A stretch of DNA of 64,000 nt from an uncultured Ignavibacteriota bacterium (GTDB lineage: Bacteria; Bacteroidota; Ignavibacteria; UBA10030; UBA8401). The notes under the pieces were generated by a model, which was given only the letters and a program-made list of their open reading frames with translations, was not told the DNA's origin and did not search any database. This document shows, piece by piece, positions 1 through 8,973 of the stretch (its first letter is position 1; each line of letters begins with the position of its first letter). Both the position numbers and the translations under genes were made by a program. The DNA lies in contig CAISDA010000006.1 in assembly GCA_903884005.1 (NCBI GenBank), positions 145,644-209,643 on the forward strand, read 5' to 3'.

Positions 1-638
1 AGCGTTGTATAGACGTCGGCGGAGATATACGGAGGGTTGGAGACGATCGCATCGAATTTTTTGGCAGGAACCAGGGGCGCATCCGCAAAGATATCGGCCT
101 CCCAAAAGTGGACCGCGACGCCGTTCCGTTCCGCGTTCACCTTCGCGAGTGTGAGCGCATCGGCGCTGATATCGACCGCGTGCACCACAGACCCCGGAAG
201 CAGCCTGGCGCAGCTCACCGCGATGCAGCCGCTCCCCGTGCCGATATCGAGCACCGACACGGCCGCGCCGCCGCGGAGACTCTTGCAACAGCGCACGGCT
301 TCTTCAACGAGCGTTTCAGTTTCGGGGCGCGGGATCAACACCCGCGTGTCGACGCTGAATGGGAATCCCATGAACTCGGTTTCGCCGATGATATAGTGGA
401 CCGGCTCCCGTGACAATCGGCGCTTCAGGACGATCTTGTACGATGCCAGTTCCTCTGCCGTCAGCGGCTTGTCGAAATTCATGTAGAGCTGGATGCGCTT
501 CATCTTCAGAACATGAGCCAGCAGCAATTCAACGGTCAGCCTGGCTTCGTCAATTTTTTTTTCCTGCAAATGCGTGGTGCTCCATGTGACAAGCTCGAGC
601 ACTGTCCAGATTTTCACACCGGTATTGGGTGACGCCAC
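1..638 (-). CDS. prmC: Release factor glutamine methyltransferase (3' end runs off the window)
   Basis: Absent from the ORF track. Manual translation from GTG at 638 gives ...REPVHYIIGETEFMG...VLIPRPETETLVE...DIGTGSGCIA...FDAIVSNPPYI (SAM-binding and NPPY motifs). Confidence 0.95.
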   Translation of the reverse strand, partial: MASPNTGVKIWTVLELVTWSTTHLQEKKIDEARLTVELLLAHVLKMKRIQLYMNFDKPLTAEELASYKIVLKRRLSREPVHYIIGETEFMGFPFSVDTRVLIPRPETETLVEEAVRCCKSLRGGAAVSVLDIGTGSGCIAVSCARLLPGSVVHAVDISADALTLAKVNAERNGVAVHFWEADIFADAPLVPAKKFDAIVSNPPYISADVYTT

Positions 639-641
639 GTC

Positions 642-1118
642 TTACTTCCGTTTCGTAGGTTTAGTTTTACGTACCGTTTTCTTGTCACGGGCCGCAGGTG
701 CTTTCTTCACGCGCTGGACGGATGTGCCGTCCGCATGATCGTCATTTTTTTCAAACGGCCGCGGGGCGAAGGCTTCATCGTCGTTCTCGTCGCCGTCATC
801 GTCGCTGTGGAATCGGGCGAGCGTCACTTTCTGTTCGTGATCGAAGCCGAGACCTTCGATCTCGTCGGTTTCAAGGAAGGGCTCCTCCTCGTCGAACTCG
901 CGCGCGCCGTCTTCTCCGTCGGCAGATTTCATTTCACTCAGCCGAAACCGGTTGTCTCCGTCGAGCAGACATTCGAAATCGATGATCGTATCCGGTATCA
1001 TGAAATGTTCCTTGGCAGCTATCGCTTTGACTTTATCCCATAATGCCAAGACAGTCATTTCATGGTCATGCTGCTGTTCAATGCAGCGTACAGATCGAGC
1101 CAGCAATTCTACATACAT
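642..1118 (-). CDS. Hypothetical protein, 158 aa, with an acidic middle and a basic C-terminal tail
   Basis: ATG preceded by AAGGAGG. The stop lies 3 nt before the prmC start. No family recognised. Confidence 0.65.
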   Translation of the reverse strand: MYVELLARSVRCIEQQHDHEMTVLALWDKVKAIAAKEHFMIPDTIIDFECLLDGDNRFRLSEMKSADGEDGAREFDEEEPFLETDEIEGLGFDHEQKVTLARFHSDDDGDENDDEAFAPRPFEKNDDHADGTSVQRVKKAPAARDKKTVRKTKPTKRK

Positions 1119-1351
1119 ACCGTTCCTCCTTCACTGAACATCCTTCCTGTTGGTGTTGGTGCGCCGCCGACCTCCGAAGCATCGGCCGCGCGGCACACTG
1201 GATCAATCGTTCCGTGCCTAATCGAACATGCTTTTTATTTCACTTGAGCATCCGGATAAGTCTGTTATATTGAATGCTGCATATGTGCCCTGTGTTCTCC
1301 ATAGGGAATATAAAAAACCGGGATCAAAGATGCCATTGAAAGGATTTCACC

Positions 1352-2113
1352 GTGAGCGCAGAGTTCGATAAATTTGTTGACATTGTCAAAGAAGTACGAA
1401 TGAAATGCCCGTGGGATAAGGAACAAACCCATGCATCGCTCCGTCACAGTTTTTTGGAGGAGGCGTATGAGGTGATCGAGTCGATCGAAAAAAACGACAT
1501 GACGGAATTCACCAAAGAGCTCGGCGACATCCTGCTGCACGTCGTGCTCCAGGCGGCGATCGCTGAGGAGGAACACGAATTCACGCTCAACGACGTGCTC
1601 CGCGAAATATCCGAGAAGCTCGTGCGCCGGCATCCCCATGTGTTCGGCGATGCGGTCATCGGAACGAGCGCGGAGCAAAAGAAACAATGGGAGCAGGTGA
1701 AGCTGACGGAGGGCCGCGTATCGATCATCGACGGCGTGCCGCAGCATTTGCCGTCTCTGCAGCGGGCGCAGCGGCTCCAGGAAAAAGCGTCCCAGATCGG
1801 CTTCGATTGGAAGTCGAAGGAGGAGGTGTGGAAAAAAGTGGAGGAGGAATTAGCCGAGTTTCGCGAGGCGGCGGACACGCAGGACGCAAAAAAAATCGAG
1901 GATGAGTTCGGCGACCTACTCTTCACGCTCGTCAATTACGCGCGCTTCATTCATGTGCATCCGGAAGATGCGCTTCGCGGCACGACGAACAAATTTGTGC
2001 GGCGCTTCCGGCACATTGAAGCCGAACTGAAGAAGGCCGGGAAGGATATCCATGCCGCATCGCTCGAAGAGATGGACCTGCTGTGGGACGAGGCGAAGGC
2101 GCTCGAACGATAA
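1352..2113 (+). CDS. mazG: Nucleoside triphosphate pyrophosphohydrolase MazG
   Basis: CPWDKEQTHASL, EEAYEV, ELGDILL, KLVRRHPHVFG and a second MazG domain EFGDLLF. Confidence 0.96.
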   Translation: MSAEFDKFVDIVKEVRMKCPWDKEQTHASLRHSFLEEAYEVIESIEKNDMTEFTKELGDILLHVVLQAAIAEEEHEFTLNDVLREISEKLVRRHPHVFGDAVIGTSAEQKKQWEQVKLTEGRVSIIDGVPQHLPSLQRAQRLQEKASQIGFDWKSKEEVWKKVEEELAEFREAADTQDAKKIEDEFGDLLFTLVNYARFIHVHPEDALRGTTNKFVRRFRHIEAELKKAGKDIHAASLEEMDLLWDEAKALER

Positions 2114-2119
2114 CGACAC

Positions 2120-2144
2120 GGGTGACCTTATAGCTCGCCCTGCA
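2120..2144 (-). repeat. Degenerate GTAG-type REP-like palindrome between the convergent mazG and phoH
   Basis: Minus strand reads GCAGGGCGAGCT-ATA-AGGTCACCC, similar to the pair at 52689-52753. Confidence 0.45.
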
Positions 2145-2207
2145 ATGCCCCTATGAGACGGCCGCGAGGTACTTCGAGAACATACTTCGCAGCAGACACA
2201 GCACACA

Positions 2208-3194
2208 CTACGTTTGCTGCGGAGACTCGCCGTGATGGTTGTTGTGTTTGGCGTTGAAACGATCGTACGCGTCGATGATCTCCTTCACCAGACGGTGGCG
2301 AACCACATCGTTCCGGTCGAAGTACACGAAATCGATACCGGCAACGTCCCGGAGCACGTCCTGGATCTGGACCAATCCGGAGGAGATCTTTATGGGCAGA
2401 TCGATCTGCGTCACATCGCCGGTGACGATCGCCTTCGAGTTCACACCAAGCCGCGTGAGGAACATTTTCATCTGCATCGCCGTGGCGTTCTGAGCCTCGT
2501 CCAGAATGACGAACGAATTATTCAGCGTCCGTCCGCGCATGTAGGCAAGCGGAACAATCTCGATGACGCGCCGCTCCATGTAGTTTTTCAATTTTTCGGA
2601 CGGCAGCATGTCATCCAGCGCGTCATAGAGCGGACGCAGGTACGGGTCAACTTTTTCCTTCATGTCCCCGGGCAGAAACCCGAGGCTCTCTCCCGCCTCC
2701 ACTGCCGGACGCGCCAGCACGATCTTGTTCACTTCGCGGTTCTTCAGACTCGCCACAGCCATGGCAACGGCTAAATACGTTTTCCCCGTCCCCGCCGGGC
2801 CGATCGCAAAGACGATGTCGTTGCGATGAATGCGGTCGACATACACTTTCTGCGTCGGCGTCTTCGCTTTGATGATCGAGTTCTTGGTGAACAGGACGAC
2901 TCCCGCCGAATCCGTTTCGGACGGATGTTCCTTCCGCAAATTCGGATTCAGATCGTAGACGAGATCGATGACGGTCCCTACGTCGTTCGAAGTAAGCGAA
3001 CCGTTTTTGGTAAGCAGATAGGTCAGTTCTTTGAAGATGCGTTCCAACTGCGCAATGTCCGCCGCTTCGCCCTTGAGCGTGACGGTGTCGCCGCGCACAA
3101 TGATGGTGGCGTCATCGTACCGGTCCTCGATCATCTGCAGATGATTGTCGTTGAATCCAAGGAGTGAAAATGTATCGACTCCTTCTATGCGCAT
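2208..3194 (-). CDS. phoH: PhoH-like ATPase (true start possibly 3209, see findings)
   Basis: Walker A GPAGTGKT, RPAVEAGESLGFLPG, YMRGRTL, LDEAQN, GDVTQIDL. Confidence 0.96.
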   Translation of the reverse strand: MRIEGVDTFSLLGFNDNHLQMIEDRYDDATIIVRGDTVTLKGEAADIAQLERIFKELTYLLTKNGSLTSNDVGTVIDLVYDLNPNLRKEHPSETDSAGVVLFTKNSIIKAKTPTQKVYVDRIHRNDIVFAIGPAGTGKTYLAVAMAVASLKNREVNKIVLARPAVEAGESLGFLPGDMKEKVDPYLRPLYDALDDMLPSEKLKNYMERRVIEIVPLAYMRGRTLNNSFVILDEAQNATAMQMKMFLTRLGVNSKAIVTGDVTQIDLPIKISSGLVQIQDVLRDVAGIDFVYFDRNDVVRHRLVKEIIDAYDRFNAKHNNHHGESPQQT

Positions 3195-3297
3195 TTTTTT
3201 TTCTACCGTAGGACACTCTCCTTCTGCCGGGCCGCTGAGCGCGGAGCGCGCGGCACCTCGTGCTCCGCCCGAAAGACCTGACTCATGTATTTAAAGC

Positions 3298-3343
3298 ACA
3301 AGAGTCCTTCCTTCGCCATAGGCGAGTGAAGGACTCTTGTTTT
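3298..3343. terminator. Long hairpin downstream of the LysM gene, probable intrinsic terminator
   Basis: 13-bp perfect inverted repeat ACAAGAGTCCTTC / GAAGGACTCTTGT with an inner stem and T-rich flanks. Confidence 0.7.
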
Positions 3344-3377
3344 ACGAATCGTGTAATCAAAGTCTTTTACACACCTC

Positions 3378-4091
3378 TTAGTGCTTTTTGCTCCAATACG
3401 AACGTGTGGCTTTTTTTTCGGCATCGGTCAGAGTCGCATCTGCAGGAATTTTCAGCTTCTGTCCCTTTTTAATGATATCCGGATCCTTGATCTGATCGCG
3501 GTTGCCTTGCCAAATTTTCGGCCATGCGAACGGATTGGCATAAATGTCTTTTTTCTTTGCGATATTCCACAAGCAATCGCGGTTTTTCGCCCATGTGCCA
3601 ACGGTGTAGATTTTGTTGGCGTCTTTGGCAACAGCAACGCGGGCCTTCAATGCGTCGATCTTCGACTGCAGTGCGGCGTTCCCGGCGGCGAAGCGTTTCA
3701 TGCCCGAGATCTTTTGTGCCAATAATTCGTCTTTTGCTTTTTGCAGCTCGTCAATCTCACCCTTGCGCGCATAGAGATCCGCGTCGGAAAGATTAGTCAA
3801 CGCATCGATCTTTGCATTGAGTCCGGCAACCGAAGCGGCGAATGCACCAGTCGTTGCATTCAACTGATCTGCACTGGCCTTTAATTTTCCGTCCATGCCG
3901 ATGTTGTACGCTTTCAGGCTGTCGATATCCTTGTTGAGTCCGCCAAGCTGCGTTTTAAGACCGTCACGCGTCTTGGTATTCTGTGTGATCTGGTTCTGCC
4001 ACTCCTCTTTCGTCATTTTCTGCTGCGCCGAACTCACCAGCACACTCGCGACAAGAAGTAACATCACCAACGAGATTTTTCTGACAATCAT
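3378..4091 (-). CDS. Exported long coiled-coil protein with a C-terminal LysM peptidoglycan-binding domain
   Basis: Signal peptide (MIVRKISLVMLLLVASVLVSSA), heptad-rich helix, and LysM YTV...DCLWNIAK...WPKIWQGNRDQIKDPDIIKKGQKLKIP. SD AAGGAG. Confidence 0.9.
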   Translation of the reverse strand: MIVRKISLVMLLLVASVLVSSAQQKMTKEEWQNQITQNTKTRDGLKTQLGGLNKDIDSLKAYNIGMDGKLKASADQLNATTGAFAASVAGLNAKIDALTNLSDADLYARKGEIDELQKAKDELLAQKISGMKRFAAGNAALQSKIDALKARVAVAKDANKIYTVGTWAKNRDCLWNIAKKKDIYANPFAWPKIWQGNRDQIKDPDIIKKGQKLKIPADATLTDAEKKATRSYWSKKH

Positions 4092-4121
4092 AGTATGCTC
4101 CTTTGGATTTAAGATTGAATG

Positions 4122-4379
4122 TTACTTCAGAAGATCCTGTGCTTCTTTCAGCTCGGCGAGCTGAGTCGAAAGGGTGGCTTCTTTATCGGCAATTTGTTTT
4201 TGGAGATCGGATTTAACTGTTTGTTTCGTGGCAACTTCTTTCTGAAGCGACGAAACTTCCGCTTTAAGCGCATCTAACTGCGCTAATTCTTCTTCGCTCG
4301 GTCCGCTGGAGCATGATGCAAAGCCCAGCGCGACGCCAGCAAGCAAGAAAGTACATAATGCATTTCGATATTTGTCCAT
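4122..4379 (-). CDS. Small coiled-coil lipoprotein (63-aa mature chain, C-terminal Lys)
   Basis: Lipobox FAS-C23, continuous heptad pattern, SD AAAGGA, and an upstream promoter. Confidence 0.85.
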   Translation of the reverse strand: MDKYRNALCTFLLAGVALGFASCSSGPSEEELAQLDALKAEVSSLQKEVATKQTVKSDLQKQIADKEATLSTQLAELKEAQDLLK

Positions 4380-4434
4380 AGTGATTCCTTTTTTTGCGAT
4401 TTTGTGGTTGTAGTGGACTTCTTGCTACATATCT

Positions 4435-4463
4435 ATGGTAATGAAAAGAATAACTGATGTCAA
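4435..4463 (-). promoter_or_regulatory. sigma70 promoter for the lipoprotein-LysM operon
   Basis: TTGACA-17 nt-TACCAT on the minus strand. Confidence 0.8.
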
Positions 4464-4528
4464 GTAAAAATTCATTAAAGTGCTTTAATACGAAAACCGT
4501 ATTCCATCAATGGAATCAACAACTTGGC

Positions 4529-5239
4529 TCATAGCAATCCCCGTTCGGCGAAACTCGTATATTTCGAAGCGGTAAGAACCAGGTGATCGTGCACTGGAAT
4601 GCCTATGATTTGTCCGGCTTCAACAATCTGCCGGGTTACGCGCACATCCTCATCGCTTGGTTCACAATTGCCGCTGGGATGGTTGTGTATAAGTATCACG
4701 GACGCGGCGTGCTCGATGATCGCCTTGCGAAACACTTCGCGCGGATGTGTGAGAGATGAATTCAACAATCCGGTTGTAATTGTTTGTTCCGATATCAGCC
4801 GATTGCTGCTATTCAAACTCGCGACCATAAACACCTCCTGTTTCAAATCGCGGACCATCGGTGTGTAGCGTGCAGCCACGTCGGCAGGAGATAAAAATAC
4901 GGGAGCAGCGTCGAATTTTTCGACATTGACCCTTCGACCTAGTTCGAATGCGGCCGCAATGCCGACCGCGCGCGCGGTGCCGATGCCGCGAAATGTTTTC
5001 AGATCGTCCACCGTCAATTCGGCGATCCCTTTCAGCGTGCGGCATTGCGTCAGCATGGTCTTCGCCACATCGACTGCAGTGATCTGTCCTGTGCCTGCAT
5101 TGATGAGTATTGCCAGGAGTTCCGCGTCGGAGAGTGCGAGCAGACCGTGCTGTATCATTTTTTCACGCGGCCGTTCGTCTTCAGGCCAATCCTTTATCCT
5201 GGGATGGTAGGCAGCCGATTCCCGAACCTTGTCATTCAT
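4529..5239 (-). CDS. radC: RadC / UPF0758 JAB-domain protein
   Basis: ERPREKM, LSDAELLAIL, HPREVFR, HNHPSG, PSDED, HDHLV. Start moved to the ATG at 5239 after a G-rich SD. Confidence 0.95.
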   Translation of the reverse strand: MNDKVRESAAYHPRIKDWPEDERPREKMIQHGLLALSDAELLAILINAGTGQITAVDVAKTMLTQCRTLKGIAELTVDDLKTFRGIGTARAVGIAAAFELGRRVNVEKFDAAPVFLSPADVAARYTPMVRDLKQEVFMVASLNSSNRLISEQTITTGLLNSSLTHPREVFRKAIIEHAASVILIHNHPSGNCEPSDEDVRVTRQIVEAGQIIGIPVHDHLVLTASKYTSFAERGLL

Positions 5240-5297
5240 TGTTCCCCCCGGAATGGTGAGTCGGTGATGCAGCATCTGCGCTGTGCGGTGTGCGCGG

Positions 5298-7031
5298 TTA
5301 CTGCCGGTATTCGATATCGGATATTTTTTTAATGAACCCGTTTTTATATTGCAAGATGTGAAGAAACGAATTGACCCTGCGCTGCGTGAATGAAATTTTC
5401 GCATGGACCCCGTCGTATTCACGAACGCCGGCCAGCGTATGCGCGAGCGACGCCCGTGTGTCGCGCGTGCCGGTCACACACCGCACAAGCAGCGATGCGG
5501 CATCGTACCCGAAGCTTTCCAACGAGAGTCCGGATATGAGCTCCGAGTCTCCGTTGTCCCAGCGGTCCGATGGAAAGATGACGCCGTCGGCACTCATCTT
5601 CGTGCGGTCCAATGCTTCGTCATCATTCCATTCATCTGTGCCGAGGATGACCATGGTTCCGTCGAATACTTTGATCTGGGATGTCACGATGCCGATATCG
5701 GCAGCGGACGCGATCGGACAATAGAGCGCTTGTATGTCACTCTTTGCAGCATTCGCATCGTTCTTCATTGCGCGGAAGAGATGACGAAAGTCCGATGTCC
5801 CGCCCGGATAGTGCTGCACCGAGATCACGGAGGCGCCGAGCCGCTTTACTTCTGCCACGAACGCGGATGCAAGGAGAGAGCCGGGAGGTTCTTCGAGTGT
5901 CAGCACAGCCAGATTCCGGAGTCCCAGTGTGCGCACTGCATATTGCGCCATGAGCGAACCGCGCATCACATAATCGGGGCTGGCTTGAAACACATAGTCC
6001 CCTATCGAAGCGATCCCGTTGCCGGTGGCGGTCGGCGAGACAAGTGGAATGCGCGCCCGGTTGGCAATGGCACCGGCGGCCATCGTCTCATCTGAAAAGA
6101 GCGGGCCAAGGATCGCCACCACCGTCGAGTCGGTGCGCCACTCGCTGATGATACGCTCGATCTGTTCGGGGCTCCTCTGACTGTCGCGCACATCCAGCCG
6201 AACGGGCGAGCCGGCCGGCGACGTATCGGCCGCATATTCCCGAACCGCCTCGCGGATCCCCTTCACGATTGCCACAGACGTCTGGTGCTCCCTCGTTTCC
6301 ACGTTGAGATGATTCATGAACGGAACCAGAACGCCCACCGTCAGCGTATCTCCAGCGTGCGATGCGGTTGTTCTCGATATCAGGCGGTGCGCCCGCTTCA
6401 GTATTTTTGTATCCGCGCTAAGGGCCTGCAAGGCGCGCGCGAGCACAGAGGCGGAGTCGGCATTGCCGGTACGGACGTATGCCTCGGCGCGAAGAAGCAT
6501 GAGCATGACGCGCGCGGTGTCATCGGCTGCACGAGCTTCAAGCACGCGGATCTCATCGGGTGAAAATTTTTCGGCAAGCCCCTCGAGCAGCTCGCCTGCG
6601 CGCCATCGGGTGATACGCGTCTGCGCGCCGCCCAGCACGACGACCATCTGCTCGGCGGCAGCCCTGCCGTGTCCCATGCCCATCATCGCCACGCCAAGTG
6701 TGTAGTGCGCGTCTTCGGCATAGGAACTGAATGGAAAGCGCTCCAACATGTCGGTGCAGAGCAATGCCGCTTCCTCCCAGAGTCCCGCGCCGTTTGCGGC
6801 TTTTGCCGCCATGACGATAGACGCAGTGGTGCGCTGATGCGCCGGCTGCATGTCGGCGGCCTGTTTCAGGGTCTGGTATGCCCCTTTATACTCCTGTTGC
6901 GTATACTGCCTGACTCCGAGCAGAAACAATTGTTCTGCCTGCGGATGAAACACGATATCATCCTGTGCCTGCAGCCGGCCCGCGGCTGCGGTGAACACGA
7001 GCAAGAGCAAGCAAAAGGTTGTGCGGATCAT
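5298..7031 (-). CDS. Exported TPR + type 1 periplasmic-binding-fold protein (LpoA/LppC-like)
   Basis: Signal peptide, TPR-like N-half (FPFSSYAEDAHYTLG), and VGVLVP, ILGPLFS, PLVSPTA and FGYDAA in the C-half. Confidence 0.75.
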   Translation of the reverse strand: MIRTTFCLLLLVFTAAAGRLQAQDDIVFHPQAEQLFLLGVRQYTQQEYKGAYQTLKQAADMQPAHQRTTASIVMAAKAANGAGLWEEAALLCTDMLERFPFSSYAEDAHYTLGVAMMGMGHGRAAAEQMVVVLGGAQTRITRWRAGELLEGLAEKFSPDEIRVLEARAADDTARVMLMLLRAEAYVRTGNADSASVLARALQALSADTKILKRAHRLISRTTASHAGDTLTVGVLVPFMNHLNVETREHQTSVAIVKGIREAVREYAADTSPAGSPVRLDVRDSQRSPEQIERIISEWRTDSTVVAILGPLFSDETMAAGAIANRARIPLVSPTATGNGIASIGDYVFQASPDYVMRGSLMAQYAVRTLGLRNLAVLTLEEPPGSLLASAFVAEVKRLGASVISVQHYPGGTSDFRHLFRAMKNDANAAKSDIQALYCPIASAADIGIVTSQIKVFDGTMVILGTDEWNDDEALDRTKMSADGVIFPSDRWDNGDSELISGLSLESFGYDAASLLVRCVTGTRDTRASLAHTLAGVREYDGVHAKISFTQRRVNSFLHILQYKNGFIKKISDIEYRQ

Positions 7032-7108
7032 GTCTGAAAATTTCCCGATGGTTCGTGTACAATTCACACTCAGCGCCAGTACCACTCGCGTTTAAGGTAC
7101 CAACTTCA

Positions 7109-7270
7109 CGCGCAATCTGCAACAGACGCGGGCGGACGTCACACGACCGTACCGCCCCCGCGCTCGTCAATCAACGTTCTTGAGCGCGCGCAATCGGCAA
7201 CTGACGCGGACGGACGTCACACGTCCGTTCCGCCCCCGCGCACGTCACAAATCGTTCTTGAGCGCGCGCA
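7109..7270. repeat. Imperfect 78-bp tandem duplication that includes the 3' end of the ABC permease gene
   Basis: CAATC at 7113 and 7191. CGGACGTCACACG and CGTTCTTGAGCGCGCGCA each occur twice. Confidence 0.85.
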
Positions 7271-8933
7271 GTCCGGCCACATGCGACACGATCGAGACGA
7301 CGGCAGCGATAGTAACGACAACACCCACCGCGAAGCGCATGGCGGACACCGGCACAGGACGTCCGGTGTAATGCGTGACAAACAGTGAAACGATCGGATA
7401 AAAATAGATGCCCACGATCGCCGCCAGCAGCACCATTGTCAATAAAAATGTCATCGTCGCGCCCTGCGACGAGGCGATGCGGATGGGATTTTTTTCTGTG
7501 AAATTTGCGTATGCCGCCCCCATGCCGAAATTCAGGCTCGCACCGGCACCGGCAATTGCCAGGATGCCGACGAACGAGCTCGCAAGAAGGAGCGGGATGC
7601 CGCGGTACGGAATATTTGTTCCAAACCAGATCGCCACGCCGAGCAGTACAAGGAACGAGAGCGTCGCGGCATACTTGATCCAATACATCGTGGAGGCGGC
7701 GATCGGCGCGCTTCGCAATGACCAGTATGCCTGTCCCTCGAGGCTGACCATCGGGAAGGCAAATCGCAGCGCGATGGAGGCAAGCAAAAATGCGTTGAAG
7801 ACGAATATCACAATGTAGATGACCGCGCGCAGATCCGGTGTTTCCACTTTCAGTTGCATGCTGCCGACGCTCGCCAAAAACACGAGCAGGAGTCCGCCGA
7901 GCACCGCCGCATGGATCCATTGGCTCGGATCGCGGAGGAAGAGCCACAATTCTTTTTTCAGCACAGCCTCAACGTGCGGACGAAAGCGCGACTCGCGTTC
8001 GAAATGGAAAAAAGGCAGCGACGCGGTCCGCGCACGCCGGGTTTGAAACTGCAGTGAGATCGACGTGAGCCATGTTTCGTAAAAAAAGCGCCCGCCGAGC
8101 AATACGGCGACAACAAGAGCACCGAGCGATGTCAGGATCAGCGCCGCGGCGTTGGATGCGGCGCCGGCGCTGAATCCGATGATCCAAAAATACAGCACCT
8201 GTGCAAACCAGTAATTCGGCAGGAACCGCGTCACGGCCGGATCGAGGTCGCCATAATACACATTGACGAATGGATAATAGCGCATGACCTCTTTCACCAG
8301 TGCCACCGGGCTCGTCAACGAAAAATATGCCGCGATCTGCAGGAAATATCCGGCGACAACGCAGGCGATGAGGACCCTGAAGTTGACGACCGCTGCAAGC
8401 TTCATCACCGCCAGGAGCACGATCACGGCGAGACTTGCTGCCAGCAGCATGTAGGGCACCATGACGCCGAACAGTATCGTCGGATAGAAGTACCACGGCA
8501 TGCCGAAATAACTTCCATACCCCAGCAGCACCGCGAACGATGCGAGGAAGAGCGTGCCCGAACTGTAGAAAAAATTATCGAGGAACTTGACGAGAAAGAT
8601 CGTCGCATACGGCACAGGCCGCGATAGCAGGAAGCTCATTTCTGGAGAGCGGTAGAGCGTTGAAAACGAGACGACGATGTTGCCGGCGCTCACCGTGAGA
8701 AAGAACACAAACAGCACGATGGCGATGAAGCGGTGAAACAGGAAGAGGCCGATGCGTATGTACTCCAGCAGGTACCACGTCACGATCCGCGCAAAGAAGA
8801 ATGCGCCGACGGCAAACGCCGCGTAGACGATGAAGGAAAAAATATTTTTTATCGACAGCACGCGCGACGACGATGCCGATAATTTTTTCCATATCGCCAG
8901 TTTGTACAGGAGGATGTCGATGAGCTGTGCCAC
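7245..8933 (-). CDS. Putative ABC exporter permease (many TM helices)
   Basis: Highly hydrophobic, with LLSRPV, KKELWLFLRD and SLEGQAYWSLRSAPI. Directly follows an ABC ATPase. Confidence 0.85.
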   Translation of the reverse strand: MAQLIDILLYKLAIWKKLSASSSRVLSIKNIFSFIVYAAFAVGAFFFARIVTWYLLEYIRIGLFLFHRFIAIVLFVFFLTVSAGNIVVSFSTLYRSPEMSFLLSRPVPYATIFLVKFLDNFFYSSGTLFLASFAVLLGYGSYFGMPWYFYPTILFGVMVPYMLLAASLAVIVLLAVMKLAAVVNFRVLIACVVAGYFLQIAAYFSLTSPVALVKEVMRYYPFVNVYYGDLDPAVTRFLPNYWFAQVLYFWIIGFSAGAASNAAALILTSLGALVVAVLLGGRFFYETWLTSISLQFQTRRARTASLPFFHFERESRFRPHVEAVLKKELWLFLRDPSQWIHAAVLGGLLLVFLASVGSMQLKVETPDLRAVIYIVIFVFNAFLLASIALRFAFPMVSLEGQAYWSLRSAPIAASTMYWIKYAATLSFLVLLGVAIWFGTNIPYRGIPLLLASSFVGILAIAGAGASLNFGMGAAYANFTEKNPIRIASSQGATMTFLLTMVLLAAIVGIYFYPIVSLFVTHYTGRPVPVSAMRFAVGVVVTIAAVVSIVSHVAGLRALKNDL

Positions 8934-8973
8934 GATGTATGTTCTTTACGCCGGCATTGGATACCGGGTCTGT

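Noticed and set aside
4529-5239. radC as a marker of a mobile element
   Set aside because: It is the full-length chromosomal type and has no integrase or cargo genes nearby.
7109-7270. Repeat considered as a mini-CRISPR
   Set aside because: There are only two units, similarity spans the whole unit with no unique spacer, and there are no cas genes.
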